From Patescibacteria group bacterium (GTDB lineage: Bacteria > Patescibacteriota > Minisyncoccia > Phycocordibacterales > JAKAEA01): a stretch of 64,000 nucleotides of DNA. Made by a program: the position numbers and the translations under genes. This document shows, piece by piece, positions 20,380 through 29,535 of the stretch. Under the pieces are notes generated by a model. It ran no database searches. It was given only the letters and a program-made list of their open reading frames with translations, and had not been told where the DNA came from. The stretch is from the NCBI GenBank assembly GCA_040387855.1, contig JAZKCY010000001.1:632793-696792 (forward strand). The letters run 5' to 3'. The stretch's first letter is position 1; every line of letters starts with the position of its first letter.

Positions 20380-21756
20380 TTACTTTTTTGTTCCAGCTAC
20401 AATTGTTTCTAACTCTTTAATTTTATCTTTAAGTTCACGTTCTTGGTGAAGAACAGATTGAGACTTGGTCTCTATTTCTGTAACAGAAGCATTGAATGCC
20501 TGTAATTCTTCTTGCACGGCTCCCTCTTCTACCTCTATAGCTCGAAGTTCTTTATCTTTCTGCCATCGTTGTTCTTCAACTATATGCAGATCTGATGGAT
20601 CTTTTGCTGAATGTTCTTTAAGCTCAATAGAATCAATTTCGGTTTGCATTACCTTTTCTTGTTTGTGTATTGCAGCCTCTTTATCAAGAACAACTTTCTT
20701 TTTATCCATTATATCCTTCCAATCCACTTCAAGTTTTTGACGATCAGCAAGAATTACTTTGAGTTTATCCGCCATAACTTTCAACTCTATTTCCGCCTGC
20801 AAAACCCGCTCATTCTTTTTAACTTCATCTATTGCATGTTCTACTTCCGTCTCTTGAAGCATGAGTTTAGCCTGCTCTGAATGAATATCTTGAACTTGCT
20901 TTGTAAGTGTGAGAATTGATTGGTCTATATCCCAACGTTCTTTTTCAATTCGTTGTCGTTCATCTTCCAAACTCCAGCGTTGTTGCTTTAGAGCCTTTTT
21001 TTCTTCAATAGTATCTACCTCGCTTTCTTTTAGACGTATTGCACGCACCTGCTTTTCTATATCATCTTCCTGAGCCTTCAAGGGCTGACGTTTAGCATCA
21101 ATCTCATGAAGTGATGATTCTAAAGTTGCCTGATCTGTTTCAAGTTTTTTCTGTTGATCCATGAGTGAAGTAACTTCATCTTGCAAAGAAATTTCCTTCT
21201 TTTGAAGTTTCTCCAATGGTGAAAGTTCTTTAACGGGTTCAGGTTTAGGTTCCGGTGCAACAACTTTAGGTTCAGGCTTAATTTCTTGGACAGGAGGTTC
21301 CACTTCTGTAATTGGCTCTGCTATTGGGGCCTGTTGCACTACTGGCTCAGGTGCGGCTTGTGTGGGCTGCTGTGGCTTTGCTTTATCTTTTAGACTTAAA
21401 ACAAAGTCAGCGACGCCAGATTCTCCAGTAGTGTCATCAAGATCGACAACATTATCTTTAAACTCTTGCTGTTCTGGCTTTTTATCTTTAGGATCAACTG
21501 CTTTTGGTTGCTTCATCTCTTCTCGAACAATTTGATCTCGAGGATCAATCGTTACTCCATCGGTAGTCGTATCAAAGTTACCAAAATTATTTAGATTCCT
21601 TCTATTCTGAGCCTGCTTAATAACTTCAGGATCAATTTTTGCTAATTGTTCTGGAGTCAATTGATTGTTGCGAATCAATTCTGCTATATCATCAGTGTAG
21701 GTACGCAGCTGATGAATCTCTGAAGCTGGATCTTTTTTATTATTAGATGTCGGCAT
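20380..21756 (-). CDS. proline-rich / long coiled-coil protein (hypothetical)
   Basis: 458 aa. PEPK/PEPV-rich linker at aa 130-180, then ~270 aa of heptad-like E/K/Q-rich sequence with recurring QRW/ERW motifs. Confidence 0.6.
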   Translation of the reverse strand: MPTSNNKKDPASEIHQLRTYTDDIAELIRNNQLTPEQLAKIDPEVIKQAQNRRNLNNFGNFDTTTDGVTIDPRDQIVREEMKQPKAVDPKDKKPEQQEFKDNVVDLDDTTGESGVADFVLSLKDKAKPQQPTQAAPEPVVQQAPIAEPITEVEPPVQEIKPEPKVVAPEPKPEPVKELSPLEKLQKKEISLQDEVTSLMDQQKKLETDQATLESSLHEIDAKRQPLKAQEDDIEKQVRAIRLKESEVDTIEEKKALKQQRWSLEDERQRIEKERWDIDQSILTLTKQVQDIHSEQAKLMLQETEVEHAIDEVKKNERVLQAEIELKVMADKLKVILADRQKLEVDWKDIMDKKKVVLDKEAAIHKQEKVMQTEIDSIELKEHSAKDPSDLHIVEEQRWQKDKELRAIEVEEGAVQEELQAFNASVTEIETKSQSVLHQERELKDKIKELETIVAGTKK

Positions 21757-21786
21757 ACCTAGAGTATAATCTATTTTTAGTTACAC

Positions 21787-21824
21787 AAAAAGCCCCCAAG
21801 CTTACTGTGGGGGCTTTTTATTCT
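21787..21824. terminator. bidirectional intrinsic terminator
   Basis: AAAAAGCCCCCA-agcttac-TGGGGGCTTTTT: 8-bp GC stem flanked by A/T runs. Downstream of the SPFH gene (minus strand). Confidence 0.7.
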
Positions 21825-22058
21825 TTTTACTTCTATAATCTTTACTACAATCTGGCTCTATGCATTTTCTGTTTTGGTGTGTAGCCTTTTCATTATGGGG
21901 AGATTCGCCCTTATATAGTGGATCTTGCAATTCATCCAAATTCATAGAAAGTATCTTCCGGTAATCACGTGTCATATCTACTACGACGAAGATATACCTA
22001 GTTATTACAGATACTTACATTAGAACCTATGAATGCTTTCAAAATCAACGTCAGCTAT

Positions 22059-22823
22059 TTACTCTGATTTTTTCACAATAACATCCTTAAAACCTTCAAA
22101 TGATCGGAGGATTTCAAGTGGCACCGTAAATACGACAGTGTTAGATTGATCTGATGAAATGTCATTAATGGATTGCAAAGTTCGGAGATGGAGAGCACCA
22201 GGCACAGATCCAAGTACTCTTGCTGCTTCTGCCATATTCTGAGAAGCTGCAAGTTCTCCTTCAGAATTAATAATTACCGCTCGCTTCTCTCGTTCTGCTT
22301 CTGCTTGTTTTGCAATTGTTCGTTCCATATCTGCTGGGAGACTCACATCTTTCAGTTCTACATTATTTACTTTAAGTCCCCACGCATCTGTTTCAGTATC
22401 AACAATTTCTTTAATTCGATCTGCCAATTTATCTCGGTTTGCTAAAAGCTCATCTAGGGTTACTTCACCTACGATGTTTCGCATTGTTGTTTGCGCATAC
22501 TGAGAAATTGCATAGCGAAAATCTTCTACTTCAAGAATAGCTTTCTCAGCCGACTGAACTTTATAATAAATCACTGCATTAACAGTTACAGACACGTTAT
22601 CACGAGTAATGGCTTTCTGATCAGGCACATCCACAGCTTTCACTCGCATATCTACTTTGCTATAACTCTGAAAAATAGGAATGATAATTCTCCACCCCGG
22701 CTCAAGAATTGAGGTAAATCTACCCATGGTAAATTTGAGGCCTCGCTCATACTGGTTGATCTGTCGAAGACTAATTAGAATGACTCCGACAACCACAATC
22801 AAAACGATTACTATTGGTGCCAT
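22059..22823 (-). CDS. SPFH/band-7 (stomatin/prohibitin-like) membrane protein
   Basis: N-terminal TM then an SPFH domain; the coiled-coil tail carries EAEREKRA. Confidence 0.85.
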   Translation of the reverse strand: MAPIVIVLIVVVGVILISLRQINQYERGLKFTMGRFTSILEPGWRIIIPIFQSYSKVDMRVKAVDVPDQKAITRDNVSVTVNAVIYYKVQSAEKAILEVEDFRYAISQYAQTTMRNIVGEVTLDELLANRDKLADRIKEIVDTETDAWGLKVNNVELKDVSLPADMERTIAKQAEAEREKRAVIINSEGELAASQNMAEAARVLGSVPGALHLRTLQSINDISSDQSNTVVFTVPLEILRSFEGFKDVIVKKSE

Positions 22824-22877
22824 AAATTTTTATTAATTACTTGGCCCAAGTATACCTAAATTTGATGGAAATGCACG

Positions 22878-23873
22878 CTATGCTTGTGCTTGATATGACC
22901 GAGCTGGGGTTCGTCGATAACTTGATAGTCCATGACTAACAATGAGTCCACCTCCTAGAATTCCCAATGCAGCAGCAAATGAAATGAGTGATGTACTTAC
23001 ACCCTTACTCAAGTTGTCATTAACGTTGTAGTAATCACTTGGTGCAAAATAATTCATTACTTTTTGAAGAGGAGTAAATGCAAATGCAGCAGATACTTCA
23101 GATGGAATATTTAACATTAAAGTACTATTTGAAGATTGAGGTTTTTGTGGCTCGTTTATGTTTCCAATTACTGGAGTTGTAGAACTAATTTCAGAAGTAG
23201 TTTGTGTTGTTGTTGCTAGATTTGTATACACATCAGTCGTTGTTGCTGAAGTGATTGTTGCAGCCTGTCTTTCAATTTGTACTAATGGCGCAAAAAATGT
23301 TGCAATAGGATTCTGGCGAATTATTGTTTGAATTGGAGACGGCGTTGGATTTGTAGGTGCTGGTGGTTGAACAGGAGGAACAACTACTGGTGGAGCAACA
23401 ATTACAGGATCTTCATTTTCTTCTTGTTCATCTTCCTCTTCATCCTCACTTACATTTTCTTCGTCATCAGTATCTTCAGGTACAGTTGGTTCTTCTGGTG
23501 CAGGTGGATTAGGATTTAGCACAGGCGGTATCACAACAGGGGGAATAACTACAGGAGGAATAACAATCACAGGATCTTCATTCTCCTCTTCTGGTTCTGC
23601 TGGGGGTGGTACTGGTGTTTCAGGAGTTGGTTCTGGTTCAGGTTGTGATTCAGGAATAGAGGTTTCAGTAGGAGTCTCTTGTTTATTTACTTCTTGCTTT
23701 TCTTCCTTTTTTTCTTGTTTAGCTTCTTTCTTTTCTTCCTGAGGAGTAACTGTTTCAACAGCCTCTCCATCATCTTCGTTGGCAAATACTGCAGATCCAT
23801 TTGGTACAGCGAGCACAGCAAGGAGCACAAAGCTCATAATCAGACTACCTGTTTTTTTGTTAAGCAATTTCAT
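22878..23873 (-). CDS. secreted Pro/Glu-rich protein with C-terminal membrane anchor
   Basis: Signal peptide, EK-rich, PPVVIPPVVIPPV repeats, acidic stretches. C-terminal hydrophobic segment plus RR. Confidence 0.6.
   Translation of the reverse strand: MKLLNKKTGSLIMSFVLLAVLAVPNGSAVFANEDDGEAVETVTPQEEKKEAKQEKKEEKQEVNKQETPTETSIPESQPEPEPTPETPVPPPAEPEEENEDPVIVIPPVVIPPVVIPPVLNPNPPAPEEPTVPEDTDDEENVSEDEEEDEQEENEDPVIVAPPVVVPPVQPPAPTNPTPSPIQTIIRQNPIATFFAPLVQIERQAATITSATTTDVYTNLATTTQTTSEISSTTPVIGNINEPQKPQSSNSTLMLNIPSEVSAAFAFTPLQKVMNYFAPSDYYNVNDNLSKGVSTSLISFAAALGILGGGLIVSHGLSSYRRTPARSYQAQA
23330..23600 (-). repeat. internal tandem duplication inside the Pro-rich gene
   Basis: EEENEDPVIV(I/A)PPVV(I/V)PPV occurs twice ~56 aa apart, with matching nucleotide strings (…gaggaataac…acaggatcttcattttc…). 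Confidence 0.5.
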
Positions 23874-24014
23874 CTAGTCACTGACGTAAAATTGCCATGT
23901 GAGTTACACAATTTCTACTTACATAATGAATTTTGGATTATGAAAAGCAACTCATTTGACTAATATTATTTCATATTGCATTATTTACAGCGTACTCGTA
24001 CAAAGGAGCCTTAT

Positions 24015-24512
24015 ATGTGGCGATGGATTCGTAGGGTTGTATATGTCTTCCTCTTACCCATAGGAATCGTTTTCCTCGGTTGGGAGACTAAGGACCTCAT
24101 TCGGGGTCTTAGTCGAAATCCACTTTCATGGGTCATCGTACCCTTGGCGTGGATTGGGATTGGTTTATTGGTCTACAACACCGCCAAAGTAAAGCGGAGG
24201 GTTTACTTCAAACGCAGCAAGAGCAGCGATCCCCTCAAGCATGGGTATTTCGTTAACAGGAAAAAGTCTCATCTGATCATTTTCCCGTTTTACTCCGACG
24301 AAACGGCAATCGCAGCGCTTGACCAACTGATAGCACAGGGGTTGGTGCCAGCACAAGAACGACCGTGGCTTCTTGAAGAAATTCAGAGGCTCAAGCTTCC
24401 AGAAAAGACGTGGCCAGCTGAACGTGCAAGGATTCAAGCTATGCAACACGCACTAGCCATACGTTGGCTAATAGTTGTTGGAGTTGTGAATCTGCACCAT
24501 CAAAATAACTAA
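24015..24512 (+). CDS. hypothetical membrane protein, compositionally atypical (G+C elevated)
   Basis: Strong SD AAGGAG 8 nt before the ATG at 24015. Two N-terminal TM helices. G+C is visibly higher than its neighbours. A terminator follows. Confidence 0.5.
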   Translation: MWRWIRRVVYVFLLPIGIVFLGWETKDLIRGLSRNPLSWVIVPLAWIGIGLLVYNTAKVKRRVYFKRSKSSDPLKHGYFVNRKKSHLIIFPFYSDETAIAALDQLIAQGLVPAQERPWLLEEIQRLKLPEKTWPAERARIQAMQHALAIRWLIVVGVVNLHHQNN

Positions 24513-24513
24513 A

Positions 24514-24546
24514 GCGAGACACCACCTGGTGCCTCGCATTTTTATA
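24514..24546 (+). terminator. intrinsic terminator
   Basis: GCGAGACACCACCTGGTGCCTCGC hairpin followed by ATTTTTA. Confidence 0.55.
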
Positions 24547-24569
24547 TCTTTTTATTCTAAATTTTAAAA

Positions 24570-25247
24570 TTACTTGAGAGTAATATTTTTTATTACAACA
24601 GGTTCTAATGGACGATCATTCTGATTTGTCTCTACTGCTTCTATTGCTTTTACTACATCCATTCCCTGAGTCACTTTACCAAACACTGTATGTTTACCAT
24701 CTAAAAAATTGTTATTTTTAAGATTAATAAAAAACTGACTGCCGTTTGTATTTGCTCCAGAGTTTGCCATAGCAATAGTTCCTTCATCGTTTTTATTTGT
24801 AGAGGTGATTTCATCAGCAAATTTATATCCTGGTCCCCCAGTTCCCCACATTGCCTGTTTTGAATCATCTTTTGAAAGTGGATCTCCACCTTGAATCATA
24901 AAATCTTGAATCACTCGATGAAACTTAACACCGTCATAAAAACCTGTAGATGCTAGCTTTGTAAAGTTTTCAACAGTTTGTGGAGCTTGTGAAGCAAAGA
25001 ATTCTAACGTTATATCTCCTTTATTTGTGTGTAATGTTGCATTCATAAATTTTTGTTGATTAGTTGATGATGATACTGAACTTCCAGGATTTTGCAAAGG
25101 AGTAGATGTACCATATGGCAATACTACTTCTGAGGTGTTTATACCTTGAAGTGCACTATTTTGTGGACTTTTATTTCCATATATCAACCAGATAACAACA
25201 GCACTAATAAGAAAAAGCAAAACCACAGAAAGGATCCTTTTAAACAT
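24570..25247 (-). CDS. cyclophilin-type peptidyl-prolyl cis-trans isomerase, N-terminally anchored
   Basis: FHRVIQDFMIQGGDP and GTIAMANSG…NGSQFFI motifs, with an N-terminal TM/signal. Confidence 0.9.
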   Translation of the reverse strand: MFKRILSVVLLFLISAVVIWLIYGNKSPQNSALQGINTSEVVLPYGTSTPLQNPGSSVSSSTNQQKFMNATLHTNKGDITLEFFASQAPQTVENFTKLASTGFYDGVKFHRVIQDFMIQGGDPLSKDDSKQAMWGTGGPGYKFADEITSTNKNDEGTIAMANSGANTNGSQFFINLKNNNFLDGKHTVFGKVTQGMDVVKAIEAVETNQNDRPLEPVVIKNITLK

Positions 25248-25274
25248 ATTTATTTTAAGCTAACACTATTTAAT

Positions 25275-26051
25275 TTAATCCTCTTCAGGTGGAGGTGCTT
25301 CTGCAGTTACGTGTCCCGCAAACGAAGTGTTGTAAATTTTAACATTATCAATTAATCCTGTAAAAAAATATACTGTTGGATGATCACTGTATCCTATTCG
25401 AATCGAATCTTGCCAATCAAAATTAGACATTGTATTGAGACCTTGCCCTACTTTATCACCATCAATATATAATTGATGAGGTCCTAAATTTCCTCCAAAA
25501 CTAAAGAAAGCATAGTGCCAGTTGTTGTCATTGTATGTTTTGGGTGAACAAATTGTTTCATCTGTAGCATCTCCCCAAACACGTGAACATACTGCTCCAT
25601 TTTGCATTCTAAGATTTCGATCATTACCTCCTCCATCTACTTCAAATAATCCTCCATTTAAAGCACTAGTTTTAAACCATAATCCAACACTAAACTCTGT
25701 TTCTGAAACATTCATTGGCACAGAAATAAAATTATCACTTCCATCGAGCGAAAGTGATTTACCAGCTAGGCTTGAAGTAGGAACATCTGATGAATAAACA
25801 GCTGATGTAATAGTTCCGGTGTAGACACCAGTTGTATCAACTACCGAATCATCAAAATTAAACTGTGCAAGAAGTTCATCACCACGTGCATTAAATACAG
25901 ATCGCTCAAACTGCTGAGCAGCAGCAACACGAGCTTTAATACGAGCATTATTTAGTACAACAACTACTATGCTTGATAGAACACCAATAATAGCAATGAC
26001 CACTAAAAGTTCGATGAGTGTAAATCCTCTTTTGTGTTTATTTAAAACCAT
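25275..26051 (-). CDS. type IV pilin-like protein with C-terminal LamG/ConA-like lectin domain
   Basis: N-terminus is KRGFTLIELLVVIAIIGVL (prepilin-peptidase site plus E5 helix). The C-terminal ~160 aa looks LamG-like (LSLDGSDNFISV…WHY…GLIDNVKIYN). Confidence 0.8.
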   Translation of the reverse strand: MVLNKHKRGFTLIELLVVIAIIGVLSSIVVVVLNNARIKARVAAAQQFERSVFNARGDELLAQFNFDDSVVDTTGVYTGTITSAVYSSDVPTSSLAGKSLSLDGSDNFISVPMNVSETEFSVGLWFKTSALNGGLFEVDGGGNDRNLRMQNGAVCSRVWGDATDETICSPKTYNDNNWHYAFFSFGGNLGPHQLYIDGDKVGQGLNTMSNFDWQDSIRIGYSDHPTVYFFTGLIDNVKIYNTSFAGHVTAEAPPPEED

Positions 26052-26127
26052 GTGATCTTACAATAAGATATTCTAATTATAGCAGAGCTTACTATTTAAT
26101 ACAGGTTTATACACTGGATAACTAAAA

Positions 26128-27972
26128 TTATGTACTTATAGGAATTTTAAAACAGAATGTAGTTCCCTTCTTTGAGGATGACTCCACCCAAATTTCACCC
26201 TTGTGACGAGTAATAATTTCTTTTGAAATAAAGAGTCCCAACCCTAATCCCGGAAATGTAGTTTTTGATGATAGACTACTGCGATAAAATTGATCAAATA
26301 TTCGTGGTAGATCTTGTTTTGAAATTCCAATACCAAAATCTTGAACCATACAAGTAAGATACCCAGACTTGCAAGATGTCTTAATTACTATTTTTTGAGC
26401 ATTAGGTGAATACTTTATTGCATTAGTAATAAAATTTGTTATTACCTGACCGATTCTGTCTCTATCACCCTTAACATTTTCAGATTTTGCCAACTGTAAA
26501 ACAATTTTATGATTTTCAGACATATGCTGAAGTTCATCTACTGTCTCAATAAGAAGCTCGTTGAAATCAAAAAATCCAGAATTAAACTGCATTCTTCCTG
26601 ATTGAATTTTTGTAACATCAAGCAAATCAGTAATTAGTAATGAAAGCTTATTTACCTGAAGATCCATTTTATCCATAAGCTCTGCAGCTTTCACATCACC
26701 TTTATTTAAAAACATTTTACTTAAAACCTGCCCATACATTTTGATGCTTGTTACAGGAGTTTTAAGTTCATGACTTGCGATACCAAGAAAGTCATCTTTT
26801 TGACGTTCAAATTCTTTGCTTGCAGTAATATCTTCGTGGACAAGTACAACTTCTCGGATCCTCCCTTCATCATCTTTTACAGGATATATATATGCTTGCA
26901 CCCATTTTGTTACGCTTGAAGTAACATTTTTTATTGTCTTTTCTGTTTCATATTTAATAGCAGGAATCATTGTGGCTTCACCAGAAAAGCCTTTTTGTAT
27001 ATATGGCATGACTCCAGTTTCAACCAATTGCTTATCATTGAGCATATTGTATCCTTTTAGCATATCTAGATTGAGCCCCCACAAACGCTCCCATGCTTTA
27101 TTAACCTGCAAAGTGTATCCATCAGGTGACAATATTTGTGTGCTCAGCAATGATTGCTCAATCATCATTCTATATTTACGCTCACTATCTTTAAGCATTT
27201 CTTCGGTTTTCTTTCGTTCAGAAACATCTGATGTAATTGCAACGATAGAAACTACTTTTTTATTTTCATCAAAAAGCGGCGATGCTGAAACGTTTACATG
27301 AATTTCTGATCCATCTTTCTTATATCTCACTAAGTCTTTTGAGAATGGCTTTCCCTGTAATAAACCCAGCATTAAATCCTTAAATTCCGCAGCTTTTTTC
27401 TTTTGAGGCAGTGGGAGTAATTTTCCCAGAACTTCTTCTTGAGTCCATCCAAAGATTTTTTCACATACTGGATTCCAAAGTAACACACGACCATTCACAT
27501 CGACTACATATATAGCCAGTGGTGAAGAATTAATAATTGTTTCAAGCGTACTATTTGATTGTAATAATTTCCTTTCAAATTCTTTCTGAGTAGTAATATC
27601 ACGAATTGTACTTTGTACAGCTCTCTCTCCGTTGTATTCCAAGCTTATAGATGCAAGTTCAACATCACGAATATTTCTTTTAAGCGTTACAAATTTTTCT
27701 TGAACAATATTTGATTCTGTTTTCTTACCCGCCATAAGAGCACCCATCCGCTGTTTAACAAGCTCATGGTAATCAGGATGAATAAACTTTAATACATGTT
27801 TACCCAATACTTCCTTTTGGCTCTTTGCTTGAATAAGCTGAAGCGCGGCTTGATTTGCATAGACAATAAGCCCTTTCACATGAATTGCAATAGGAAAAGG
27901 TGAGATATTTAGAAGTTCTGTATATCGCTTATCAGTTACCGGAATTTTTTGAGTACGAATCTTTTTATTCAT
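26128..27972 (-). CDS. cytoplasmic multi-PAS sensor histidine kinase
   Basis: Three PAS modules. H-box ASHELKTPVTSI; N-box ITNAIKYS; G-box GLGLGL. Confidence 0.9.
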   Translation of the reverse strand: MNKKIRTQKIPVTDKRYTELLNISPFPIAIHVKGLIVYANQAALQLIQAKSQKEVLGKHVLKFIHPDYHELVKQRMGALMAGKKTESNIVQEKFVTLKRNIRDVELASISLEYNGERAVQSTIRDITTQKEFERKLLQSNSTLETIINSSPLAIYVVDVNGRVLLWNPVCEKIFGWTQEEVLGKLLPLPQKKKAAEFKDLMLGLLQGKPFSKDLVRYKKDGSEIHVNVSASPLFDENKKVVSIVAITSDVSERKKTEEMLKDSERKYRMMIEQSLLSTQILSPDGYTLQVNKAWERLWGLNLDMLKGYNMLNDKQLVETGVMPYIQKGFSGEATMIPAIKYETEKTIKNVTSSVTKWVQAYIYPVKDDEGRIREVVLVHEDITASKEFERQKDDFLGIASHELKTPVTSIKMYGQVLSKMFLNKGDVKAAELMDKMDLQVNKLSLLITDLLDVTKIQSGRMQFNSGFFDFNELLIETVDELQHMSENHKIVLQLAKSENVKGDRDRIGQVITNFITNAIKYSPNAQKIVIKTSCKSGYLTCMVQDFGIGISKQDLPRIFDQFYRSSLSSKTTFPGLGLGLFISKEIITRHKGEIWVESSSKKGTTFCFKIPIST

Positions 27973-28034
27973 AGCAAGGATGTATGAATAATACTCGTAA
28001 TTACAAAATATTCAATGAAGTTCAGACCTCAAGC

Positions 28035-28565
28035 TTATTTCTTCTTTTTTGTAGCTTTCTTAGGTTTGATTGCTTTCTCTACAATCATTTTGAGTGTAGA
28101 TGGTGCTTGTTGAATTTCTTTAACAGATTCAGATGGTTTAGATACATCTTGTGATTTAAAGAATTTTTCAGCAAATCCAACAAGTTTATCTAGCTTTGCA
28201 TTTACAGATTCAAGCTGTCGTTTAAGCTCTAGAGTGCTTTCTGCAGGACGCTCAACACGTGTTTCCACATGAGGTGCTCGAGGTGCTTCTGATCGGTCTC
28301 GAAAATCTTTGAAATCTTTTCGTGGAGCAAAATCTCGTCGTTCGTTTCGGTCGCCGCCTCGGTCATTTCGATCATTACCTTCTCCTCCTCCCATTGTCTT
28401 AAAACAATCACGGCAGTACACAGGCTTACCATTGGTAGGCTTAAAAGGTACTTCTGTTGGTCTTCCACAATTACTACAGGTTGCCTTATGCATAGTAATT
28501 TCTGGTCGTCTGTTGTTTCCACCTTGAAAACGATTCCCTCCTCGGTCTCTGTTAAAATTTTTCAT
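28035..28565 (-). CDS. CxxC-x17-CxxC zinc-ribbon protein with R/G/D-rich low-complexity region and Lys-rich tail
   Basis: The spacing is C30-x2-C33-x17-C51-x2-C54 (CSNCGRPTEVPFKPTNGKPVYCRDC). RGG/DRN repeats follow. The C-terminus is KPKKATKKKK. Confidence 0.6.
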   Translation of the reverse strand: MKNFNRDRGGNRFQGGNNRRPEITMHKATCSNCGRPTEVPFKPTNGKPVYCRDCFKTMGGGEGNDRNDRGGDRNERRDFAPRKDFKDFRDRSEAPRAPHVETRVERPAESTLELKRQLESVNAKLDKLVGFAEKFFKSQDVSKPSESVKEIQQAPSTLKMIVEKAIKPKKATKKKK

Positions 28566-28583
28566 ATCAATATAATTAGAAGC

Positions 28584-28703
28584 TTATCTTGCTTTTTTAG
28601 CAGCCTTAGCCTGATTGCGGGCGTGCTTTATTGCGAGACGCTTTGCAGTTTTTCGAGAACGTGATGCTTTGTTCTTTGTATTTACTGAAGATCGTTTTGC
28701 CAT
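28584..28703 (-). CDS. 39-aa highly basic peptide (ribosomal-protein-like?)
   Basis: Hand translation gives MAKRSSVNTKNKASRSRKTAKRLAIKHARNQAKAAKKAR. Below the track's length threshold. No family assigned. Confidence 0.3.
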   Translation of the reverse strand: MAKRSSVNTKNKASRSRKTAKRLAIKHARNQAKAAKKAR

Positions 28704-28756
28704 AGTGTCCTACTATACCTTATTAATGAGTAAATGTATACCTTTATTGATACTAC

Positions 28757-29455
28757 CTACAAACTCAATCCAGCTTTCTGCAATTCTTCTTTTTTTACAA
28801 ACACAGGAAAGAGATCCATATTTGTTTCTCGCGTTCCATTCTTGTCATACGCAATCTGCCCCATTCGCTTACTTTCCCATCGCAATTTATTTTCAAAATC
28901 TTGCCGAGTAAAATTTCCCAAATAAGCTTCATCAGCTTGTGATTCTGGATGCTTCCAAGATGTATTTAATGTATTTGTAGAACCCAATCCTGTCTCGCGG
29001 GTAATGTGCTGACTTTTTCCAAAGGCAAGAATTGGTAGGAAAATAAAAGGTAAAAAGAGAAGTCCAAGCATAAAACCAATTCCCTTTCCAAAAGATTTAG
29101 TAAGTCCATAAATAAGTGCAATTCCAGCAAAGATACTTACAAACGGAATAAACATAAGTAATACAATCCAAATTGGTAGGCCCGAAATTCGTGACATCAC
29201 AATGAGGTTATAGATAGGAACAATACTTGCCCACCCAGGTTCTCCAGCTTTTTGAAATATTTTCCAAGTAGATACAATCATTACGATAAACACGGCAAGC
29301 ATAAATACAACCATACCAATGCTTGCTCCACCCAACCATTCTGGACACGGAACTATCTCACCATTTACACGGCATACAGTATCAGCAAGACTAACTAATG
29401 GAATAATAAAACTAGCGACAAAAACAAGTGATAATAAAAATTTCTTCATGATCAA
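28757..29455 (-). CDS. polytopic membrane protein (hypothetical)
   Basis: Signal-like N-terminus, then 4-5 TM helices, then a soluble C-terminal ~60 aa. Confidence 0.55.
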   Translation of the reverse strand: MIMKKFLLSLVFVASFIIPLVSLADTVCRVNGEIVPCPEWLGGASIGMVVFMLAVFIVMIVSTWKIFQKAGEPGWASIVPIYNLIVMSRISGLPIWIVLLMFIPFVSIFAGIALIYGLTKSFGKGIGFMLGLLFLPFIFLPILAFGKSQHITRETGLGSTNTLNTSWKHPESQADEAYLGNFTRQDFENKLRWESKRMGQIAYDKNGTRETNMDLFPVFVKKEELQKAGLSL

Positions 29456-29535
29456 ACTATTATCACACTAATTGAGTTGCTCAGCAATACGCAAATTATC
29501 TTTACAATCTTCATACAATTCCCTACACTTTACCA

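Noticed and set aside
21790-21975. Minus-strand small ORF (~60 aa, MTRDYRKILSMNLDELQ…) in the 300-bp spacer between the SPFH and coiled-coil genes
   Set aside because: The reading frame runs straight through the strong GC hairpin terminator at 21787-21824. It more likely is a non-coding leader or terminator region.
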